DNA of 64,000 bases, taken from positions 3,692 through 67,691 of the forward strand of contig CAZXCG010000002.1 of the NCBI GenBank assembly GCA_964639205.1, given 5' to 3'. Under the pieces are notes generated by a model, which searched no databases, had not been told where the DNA came from, and saw only the letters and a list, made by a program, of their open reading frames with translations. Source of the stretch: an uncultured Eubacteriales bacterium (GTDB taxonomy: Bacteria > Bacillota > Clostridia > Oscillospirales > Acutalibacteraceae). Below, piece by piece: positions 58,783 through 64,000 of the stretch (within the stretch, counting starts at the first letter, position 1; every line of letters begins with the position of its first letter). The translations under genes were made by a program, and so were the position numbers.

Positions 58783-60542
58783 ACCCTACGGCTCGCAAAA
58801 GTCTGACAGCTGCGCCACATATTTGCATACACGCCGCCCTTTTCCGCAAGCTCGTCATGCGTGCCGGATTCTTCGATTCTGCCGTCCTTAAATACGAATA
58901 TCCTGTCCGCGTTTCTGACCGTTGTCAGTCTGTGTGCGATCATAATAACCGTTTTACCTTTTGAAAGCTCCTCAAAAGCGCGCTGAACAAGGAACTCGTT
59001 TTCCGGATCGGCAAACGCGGTTGCTTCATCCAAGATAATTATAGGAGCGTCCTTCAGCATTAAACGGGCAATGGCAATGCGCTGCTGCTCTCCTCCGGAA
59101 AGATACACACCCTTGGTTCCGATGACGGTATCTATCCCGTCGGGCAGCTTGGTGATAATATCATCGCACTGTGATTTGTGAAGAGCGTTTTCCACCTCTT
59201 TACGAGAGGCGTCAGGCTTAGCCTGTCTGACGTTCTCCAAAACGGAGGTCTTTAAAAGCCTGCTGTCCTGAAAAACATAAGCGACAGTTTTCGCAAGCTC
59301 TGATTTTTTGATATTCTTCACATTTACTCCGCCAACCAAAATCTCGCCGCCGGTCACATCCCAAAATCGGGAAACAAGCTCTGCGGCAGTGGTCTTTCCC
59401 CCGCCCGACGGACCGACCAGCGCCACTGTTTTACCCGCCTCCGCTTTGAAGGAAACGTCACTCAGCGCGTCCGTTTCCGAGCCGCTGTACCGGAAAGAAA
59501 CATTTTTGAATTCAACAGAGTTACCCTTCGGACTTTCGCTTTTCTGAGCCTCTGGCAAGGGTTTAAGCTCGAGAATCGAATGTACGCGGGACAGCGCGTC
59601 GCTTACCGTCATGCTGTTCTCACTCATAAACATAACCTTTGACATAGCTGTGGAAATTACCGGCGTAAAAATGACATAGAAAATGAAGCTGAGCAAAACC
59701 GACGACGTGACCGCCTCACCGCCTGACAGAATCAGTGCCAGCGTAATCAGAAACGCAAAGGCGCTGTTGATGAAGACCGTATACAGCAGCATAGGCATAC
59801 GGCATTTTTTGCAGTATGCAATGCAAAATTGATAATAGCGGTCTATGGAATCTTTGAAGCGTTTGAAGGTATGCACCGTTTGACCGAAGGTTTTTACAAC
59901 GGGGATACCGCGGACATATTCCACCGCTTCATTGTTCATATCGGAGAGCGCGTCTTGGTAGTTTTTCATATCGCTTGCCATCTGCGGTCCGGTCATTTTA
60001 AACATCGCCGCAAAACCGAGCGCAACCGGAATAAGGCAGATAAGCCCAAAGCGCCAATCAAACAAAAACAGCATTACTATCATACCAAGCGGAGTCGCAG
60101 TAGCTCCCGCCATATCGGGAAGCTGATGGGCAAGGTAGGTCTCGGTCGCCGCACTGCTGTCGTTGACTATGCGGCGAATCCTGCCGCTGCCCATTTCTCC
60201 GCTAAAGCCCGGCGGCAGCTTTGCGATATGATCCAGCAGTGTTTTGCGCATATTGCCCGCAATACGGAATGCAGACAAATGCGAACACATAAGCGCGCCT
60301 ATGTAAATGACAATGGAAATCAGCGCAAACAGTACCGCCATCCGGCCGTTGCAGGCTACACCTGACGCCTGAGAAAAGTTCGGGGCGACCTCTATAACCT
60401 CTCTGATGATAAAGAAGATAAAGACGAAAGGAAGCAGCGCAAGAATTGCACTGACGACCGATAATACGAGCGATGCATAGGTCAAATACCTGTGCTTACC
60501 GGCATAGCTCATAAGCTCTGAAAAATTCTTATTCTTTTGCAT
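58779..60542 (-). CDS. ABC exporter half-transporter (TMD-NBD), subunit 1 of a heterodimer
   Basis: 587 aa. GPSGGGKTT, LSGGEQQRIAIARL, IILDEATAFAD. AGGAGG RBS. Confidence 0.92.
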   Translation of the reverse strand: MQKNKNFSELMSYAGKHRYLTYASLVLSVVSAILALLPFVFIFFIIREVIEVAPNFSQASGVACNGRMAVLFALISIVIYIGALMCSHLSAFRIAGNMRKTLLDHIAKLPPGFSGEMGSGRIRRIVNDSSAATETYLAHQLPDMAGATATPLGMIVMLFLFDWRFGLICLIPVALGFAAMFKMTGPQMASDMKNYQDALSDMNNEAVEYVRGIPVVKTFGQTVHTFKRFKDSIDRYYQFCIAYCKKCRMPMLLYTVFINSAFAFLITLALILSGGEAVTSSVLLSFIFYVIFTPVISTAMSKVMFMSENSMTVSDALSRVHSILELKPLPEAQKSESPKGNSVEFKNVSFRYSGSETDALSDVSFKAEAGKTVALVGPSGGGKTTAAELVSRFWDVTGGEILVGGVNVKNIKKSELAKTVAYVFQDSRLLKTSVLENVRQAKPDASRKEVENALHKSQCDDIITKLPDGIDTVIGTKGVYLSGGEQQRIAIARLMLKDAPIIILDEATAFADPENEFLVQRAFEELSKGKTVIMIAHRLTTVRNADRIFVFKDGRIEESGTHDELAEKGGVYANMWRSCQTFASRRV

Positions 60543-60559
60543 TTTCTGTCCTCCTAATT

Positions 60560-60703
60560 ATAACTTAGGCAAAGATGCCCCCAGCCTCTAAGGCGGCTGG
60601 TTTCATTTTCGGAATCGGTGAGGGGATACAATCCCCCATTGATTTTTAAGGCGGCTAACACTGCCCTTGCCACGTTGAATGACCGGCAAAGGGCATTATT
60701 GAA
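60560..60703 (+). repeat. structured intergenic element, family 1, copy D
   Basis: (T)ATAACTTAGGCAAAGATG..CCAGCCTCTAAGGCGGCTGG..GGGGATACAATCCCC..GGCGGCTAACACTGCC..TTGAATGACCGGCAAAGGGCATTATTGAA. It starts 18 nt from the exporter ATG on the opposite strand. Confidence 0.85.
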
Positions 60704-60810
60704 AATTTTTACGATAAATACTCCGCCGCAGCCGGATTCCGATATTGCTTGTTAGTTAGTAAAAACTAACCTTTTGTCAAAAAAATAAATAATAAATACA
60801 GCTATACAAT

Positions 60811-60840
60811 CTAAGCCTAAGCTAACTAAGCCTAAGCTAA
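60811..60840. repeat. perfect 15-nt tandem duplication (CTAAGCCTAAGCTAA x2) built from CTAAGC units
   Basis: Read directly: ctaagcctaagctaa ctaagcctaagctaa, followed by gcataagc. Confidence 0.9.
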
Positions 60841-60846
60841 GCATAA

Positions 60847-60890
60847 GCGCAGATGTTACTCTAACTCAGGGGACGTCTGCGCTCAGTTTA
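60847..60890 (-). repeat. fragment resembling the family-2 element left end
   Basis: The minus strand reads AAACTGAGCGCAGACGTCCCCTGAG.., compared with copy F TAACTTTAGCGCGGACGTCCCCCGCCCCTGAGG. It also forms a GCGCAGA..TCTGCGC hairpin just after the tetR stop. Confidence 0.45.
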
Positions 60891-60896
60891 CAGGAT

Positions 60897-61529
60897 TTAC
60901 TGTCCCATAATTTTCATCCACCCCGCGGTGTGAAACGCGCACAGCTCCAACAAATAATTTTCAGCATCGCGCAGCGGCATCTGATGAATAATCAGCTCAA
61001 AATAAGCGTTGAACATGCCTGTTATAAGAATATGCTCCAGCCTCGGGTCAATGACCGGGGACGGCCGACCGAGACGCCTTAATACTTCCTGATAATCGTG
61101 CGTTCCTTTAATCTCAATTTCAACCATCTCATCGACCATTCCGGCAAAGCGTGTACCCTCCGAACAGCATAAAAGGAGCTTAAATTCTTCAAGATGATCA
61201 TATGCGTAGAGAAGCATATCGTGCATACATTTTACGCTTATCTCGCTCATATGCTTCGGCTGCTCATCAGGCGGAAGATGTGCAAAATCCGCCTGCGCCT
61301 TGCGGTAGCAGGTCATCATATAGTTATACTGTTCGCCTACCAGCGCTTCAAACAGCTCTTCCTTGCTGTTATAGTACCCGTAAAAAGCGCCCAGCGTAAC
61401 GCCTGCCGTTTTGACAATCTGCCGCAGGGAAGCAGACCTGAAACCGTATTCCGTAAAAGCCGTCTTTGCGGCGGCGCGGATTCTTTCCAACGTCGTCTTT
61501 TCCGCATCGCTCAATTTTCCCGCCCCCAT
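60897..61529 (-). CDS. TetR/AcrR-family transcriptional regulator
   Basis: 210 aa. N-terminal HTH FTEYGFRSASLRQIVKTAGVTLGAFYGYYNSKEELF. Confidence 0.9.
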   Translation of the reverse strand: MGAGKLSDAEKTTLERIRAAAKTAFTEYGFRSASLRQIVKTAGVTLGAFYGYYNSKEELFEALVGEQYNYMMTCYRKAQADFAHLPPDEQPKHMSEISVKCMHDMLLYAYDHLEEFKLLLCCSEGTRFAGMVDEMVEIEIKGTHDYQEVLRRLGRPSPVIDPRLEHILITGMFNAYFELIIHQMPLRDAENYLLELCAFHTAGWMKIMGQ

Positions 61530-61557
61530 ATATCAGTGATATATATCACTGATATAT
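61528..61557. promoter_or_regulatory. perfect 30-nt palindrome, candidate TetR operator
   Basis: ATATATCAGTGATAT|ATATCACTGATATAT. It spans from the last 2 nt of the -10 box to the first 2 nt of the tetR ATG. Confidence 0.65.
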
Positions 61558-61584
61558 TATATGCGCCTTTTTATAATTTGTCAA
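61556..61584 (-). promoter_or_regulatory. consensus sigma-A promoter for tetR
   Basis: The minus strand reads TTGACA-17 nt-TATAAT, both hexamers matching consensus exactly. Confidence 0.65.
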
Positions 61585-61727
61585 GAGTAAAGTTAAATTC
61601 AGTTTTCCCGATTGAGTTAAAAATTGCGTTAAAAATTGTGCTTAAAGCCCTTGGCAGCGGGAAGCGCTGCGGATGTCATTAACCCCGCGATTCCGCAAAG
61701 TTTGCGAAAATCGAGTACGGACATGCC

Positions 61728-61767
61728 CGTCATACAAAATAAGCGGCAAGCTGCAAGAGCTTGCCGC
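61728..61767 (-). terminator. intrinsic terminator after tRNA-Ser
   Basis: GCGGCAAGCT-5 nt-AGCTTGCCGC. The minus strand continues TTATTTTGTAT. Confidence 0.7.
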
Positions 61768-61771
61768 GAAA

Positions 61772-61863
61772 TGGCGCAGAAGGAGGGATTTGAACCCTCG
61801 CGTCGGCGTTACCGACCTACCGGTGTTCGAAGCCGGACCCTTCAGCCGCTTGGGTACTTCTGC
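61772..61863 (-). tRNA. tRNA-Ser (anticodon CGA), class II with long variable arm, CCA encoded
   Basis: Minus strand: GCAGAAG TA CCC AAGCGGCTGAA GGG T CCGGC TTCGAAC ACCGG TAGGTCGGTAACGCCGACGC GAGGG TTCAAAT CCCTC CTTCTGC G CCA. 7-bp acceptor stem, 3-bp D stem, T-loop TTCAAAT, anticodon loop TT-CGA-AC. Confidence 0.9.
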
Positions 61864-62030
61864 ATATTTGTTTTAAGAAGAAGCCGCAATGATACTTTAT
61901 TGTTCAAATCACTTACGGCACAATTAAAACGCCTTTGAGGTAAAAACAGCCTCGCCGTATACACACGGGGCTGCTCCCTGCATACAATATAATAGTATCT
62001 TTTTAATAATTTGTCAAGTATCAAGTAAAA

Positions 62031-62786
62031 TCACGAGCTCTTACTATCCTTGCCGGAAGAGTCTTCTGAGTTTTTCTTTTCGGAAGTATTCTTTCTCCCT
62101 TTAAGGTAATGTGCAATAATATAGACAGTAAAAAACACAACAAGAACCGCGGCGGCAATAATAATTTCCCTGTTTTCGGCGGAAAGCGCTTTGAGCTCAA
62201 CAGAGGTTTTATTGCTTTCATACGATTCTTCCGTGTAAGCGTCTTGAGAAGCCTGACTGTTGTAATTTGAATTTGTACTGATGCTGAAATTGCTGCTCTT
62301 TATGCTGCCGACCGAAAGCTCGCCGCTGCTTTTCTCGGTGACGGTAAACGGGCAGCTGAAGCTTTCATTAAATTCAAGAGGCTGCCCGTTTGAGTCGATC
62401 GCTTCCTTTACGGTTACATCAAAGCTGCCGGAGCCGCCGTTTTTTGAAATAAACTTCAACCCCAGCAATTTTGAAGCTTCGGCAGAATCAATAGGCTCGG
62501 TAACAAGAAAAATAACGTTCACAACACCGTTTTTATCATAGGTCTCGACCCGCGAGCCGCTCACTGTCTTTTCAGTACCGCGAAACTCCACAACGTCGGA
62601 ATTATACTTAACAGAAAAAAGCACGGAACAAAACGAGGAGGTTCCATCCTGTATATAAAAATCCAAAGTAAAAATCCGGTTATAACGCGTACCCTCACTG
62701 TATGCGGAAAACTCCGCCGCAGCTGCGGAAAACAGAAACAAATTAACAAGAAGAACGCCGGTTATAAAAGCAACCAATCTTTTCAT
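62031..62786 (-). CDS. cohesin-like domain protein with signal peptide and C-terminal membrane anchor
   Basis: 251 aa. Signal MKRLVAFITGVLLVNLFLFSAAAA. Beta-rich domain of about 130 aa whose pattern (FCSVLFSVKYNSDVVEFRG .. VNVIFLVTEP .. LLGLKFISKNGGSGSFDVTV) parallels cohesin modules. Ser/Asn linker, TM helix IIIAAAVLVVFFTVYIIAHYL, basic tail. Confidence 0.55.
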   Translation of the reverse strand: MKRLVAFITGVLLVNLFLFSAAAAEFSAYSEGTRYNRIFTLDFYIQDGTSSFCSVLFSVKYNSDVVEFRGTEKTVSGSRVETYDKNGVVNVIFLVTEPIDSAEASKLLGLKFISKNGGSGSFDVTVKEAIDSNGQPLEFNESFSCPFTVTEKSSGELSVGSIKSSNFSISTNSNYNSQASQDAYTEESYESNKTSVELKALSAENREIIIAAAVLVVFFTVYIIAHYLKGRKNTSEKKNSEDSSGKDSKSS

Positions 62787-62834
62787 AATCTTTGCACCGT
62801 ATTTTCAAGGCGAAATAAGCACTGCGCGTTATCT

Positions 62835-62979
62835 ATAACTTAGGCAAAGATGCCCCTCCGCCTCTAAGGCAGCGGATTCCGTTTTCGGAATCAGTGGGGG
62901 ACAATCCGCCATTGATTTCACAGGCAGCTAACGCTGCCCTTTGCCGCGTTGAACGACGGGGCAAAGCCCCCTTATTGAA
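62835..62979 (+). repeat. structured intergenic element, family 1, copy E
   Basis: (T)ATAACTTAGGCAAAGATG..TCCGCCTCTAAGGCAGCGGA TTCCGTTTTCGGAATCAG..GGCAGCTAACGCTGCCCTTTGCCGCGTTGAACGACGGGGCAAAGCCCCCTTATTGAA. Lies between the AKR stop and the cohesin-like gene start, on the opposite strand. Confidence 0.85.
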
Positions 62980-62988
62980 CAATAATAA

Positions 62989-63990
62989 TTAAGGCTTATT
63001 TTGCAAAATTTTTTCAATGTCCTGCAGCTCCTCCGCCGTAAATTCCGGAGCATTTACAATTCCGGCGTCATCGATAATCTGCTCGGGCTTTGAAGCGCCG
63101 ACAAGAACGCTCGTAACCGCATTTTCGCGCAAAACCCAGGACAGTGCAAGCTGAGCAAGCGTCTGACCGCGCTGCCGTGCAATTTCCCGCAGCATGCGCA
63201 GCTTTTGGAGCTTTTCCGCGGTAATATCGCTTTCCTTAAGAAAACGACCGTCCCTGCGGATTCGGCTGTCCTGCGGGATTCCGTTTAAATATTTGTCTGT
63301 AAGCTGACCCTGTGCAAGAGGAGAAAAAGCTATTATTCCTATTCCGTTTTCCTGTACATAGTCGGTTAACCCGTCTGTTTCGATATTTCTGTCAAGCATA
63401 GAATAACGGCGCTGATTTATAATAAAGGGGGTTTTAAGCTCTCTTAATATTTCACAGGCACGGCGCGTTTGACAGCAGTTATAATTTGAAATACCTACAT
63501 AAAGCGCTTTGCCGCTTCTTACAATCTGATCCAAGGCAAGCATAGTTTCCTCAAGCGGGGTTTCGGGGTCAAAGCGATGATGATAAAACAGATCTACATA
63601 CTCAAGACCCATACGTTTGAGACTTTGGTCAAGGCTTGCAATCAAATATTTGCGCGAGCCCCAATCGCCGTAAGGTCCCTCCCACATCTTATATCCCGCT
63701 TTTGTCGAAATAATCAGTTCATCGCGGTAAACGCCCAAATCGGATTTTAAAATTCTCCCGAAATTTTCCTCGGCGCTTCCGTCGTACGGACCGTAATTGT
63801 TTGCAAGGTCAAAATGGGTTATGCCAAGGTCAAATGCTGTTCTGCACATAGCGCGCATATTGTCAAAGCTGTCGCGGCTGCCGAAGTTGTGCCAAAGTCC
63901 GAAAGACACCAGCGGCAGCTTAACGCCGCTTTTACCGCATCTGCGGTACTTCATATTTCCGTAACGTCCGGGTGCTGCATTGTATTGCAT
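62989..63990 (-). CDS. aldo/keto reductase (YghZ/Tas, Kv-beta-like)
   Basis: 333 aa. ..MKYRRCGKSGVKLPLVSFGLWHNFG..THFDLANNYG.. Confidence 0.9.
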   Translation of the reverse strand: MQYNAAPGRYGNMKYRRCGKSGVKLPLVSFGLWHNFGSRDSFDNMRAMCRTAFDLGITHFDLANNYGPYDGSAEENFGRILKSDLGVYRDELIISTKAGYKMWEGPYGDWGSRKYLIASLDQSLKRMGLEYVDLFYHHRFDPETPLEETMLALDQIVRSGKALYVGISNYNCCQTRRACEILRELKTPFIINQRRYSMLDRNIETDGLTDYVQENGIGIIAFSPLAQGQLTDKYLNGIPQDSRIRRDGRFLKESDITAEKLQKLRMLREIARQRGQTLAQLALSWVLRENAVTSVLVGASKPEQIIDDAGIVNAPEFTAEELQDIEKILQNKP

Positions 63991-64000
63991 AATTGTTCCT

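Noticed and set aside
60556-60562. The conserved TATAAC at the left end of every element copy as a -10 box of an independent sRNA gene
   Set aside because: No conserved -35 or TG extension lies upstream, since the flanks are unrelated between copies. Only copy D happens to have TTGCAT 16 nt upstream. It may instead be part of the element or its insertion target motif.
60811-60840. Possible CRISPR or minisatellite
   Set aside because: There are only two 15-nt units with no spacers, and no other direct-repeat arrays occur in the window. It is recorded as a simple tandem duplication.
62921-62946. Possible twister-ribozyme strand: CUAAC(G/A)CUGCC in the element resembles, from memory, the cleavage-site strand of the rice twister (..CCUAACACUGCC..)
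   Set aside because: The upstream GGCAGC pairs directly with GCUGCC to give a simple tetraloop hairpin. I also find no CCCAAGC-type loop or GGAGGG partner in the right arrangement for the two twister pseudoknots. A CUGAU..GAAA stretch on the opposite strand likewise lacks the hammerhead core (no CUGANGA).

Overview
This 64-kb window looks like a chromosomal segment of a roughly 50% GC Clostridia genome. Three dockerin-bearing secreted proteins and one cohesin-like protein suggest an Oscillospiraceae/Ruminococcus-like cellulosome producer. Most of it is tightly packed core genes. These include metA-proS, a DnaD-like/DnaC-like loader pair, mtaB, a rluA-family gene, metG-tatD, plsY-der-DUF512, rpmF-yceD, ilvBNC, typA, uvrA, and one tRNA-Ser(CGA). 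The accessory content is as follows: (1) a lacto-N-biose/galacto-N-biose-type utilisation operon (ABC importer, GH112 phosphorylase, nucleotidyltransferase, hexosamine kinase) with a divergent AraC regulator; (2) a SCIFF ranthipeptide precursor (49 aa, missing from the ORF track) with its radical SAM maturase; (3) a 2177-aa secreted dockerin protein built from a tandemly duplicated module of about 950 aa, each copy holding one degenerate and one intact SGNH domain; (4) two BspA-type LRR-dockerin paralogs and a membrane-anchored cohesin-like protein; (5) a MacB/FtsX-type ABC pair and a TetR-linked heterodimeric ABC exporter. The main signal not explained by genes is a multicopy structured intergenic element of about 145 nt. 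It has five family-1 copies, two family-2 variants and several fragments, and compensatory substitutions preserve its helices. I could not assign it to a known RNA or IS family from memory. Other notable sites are a perfect CIRCE far upstream of hsp20, a perfect 30-nt palindromic operator over the tetR start, and a promoter-proximal terminator/antiterminator-like leader before the MacB-type operon. All calls come from reading the sequence and remembered family signatures; no database search was run.
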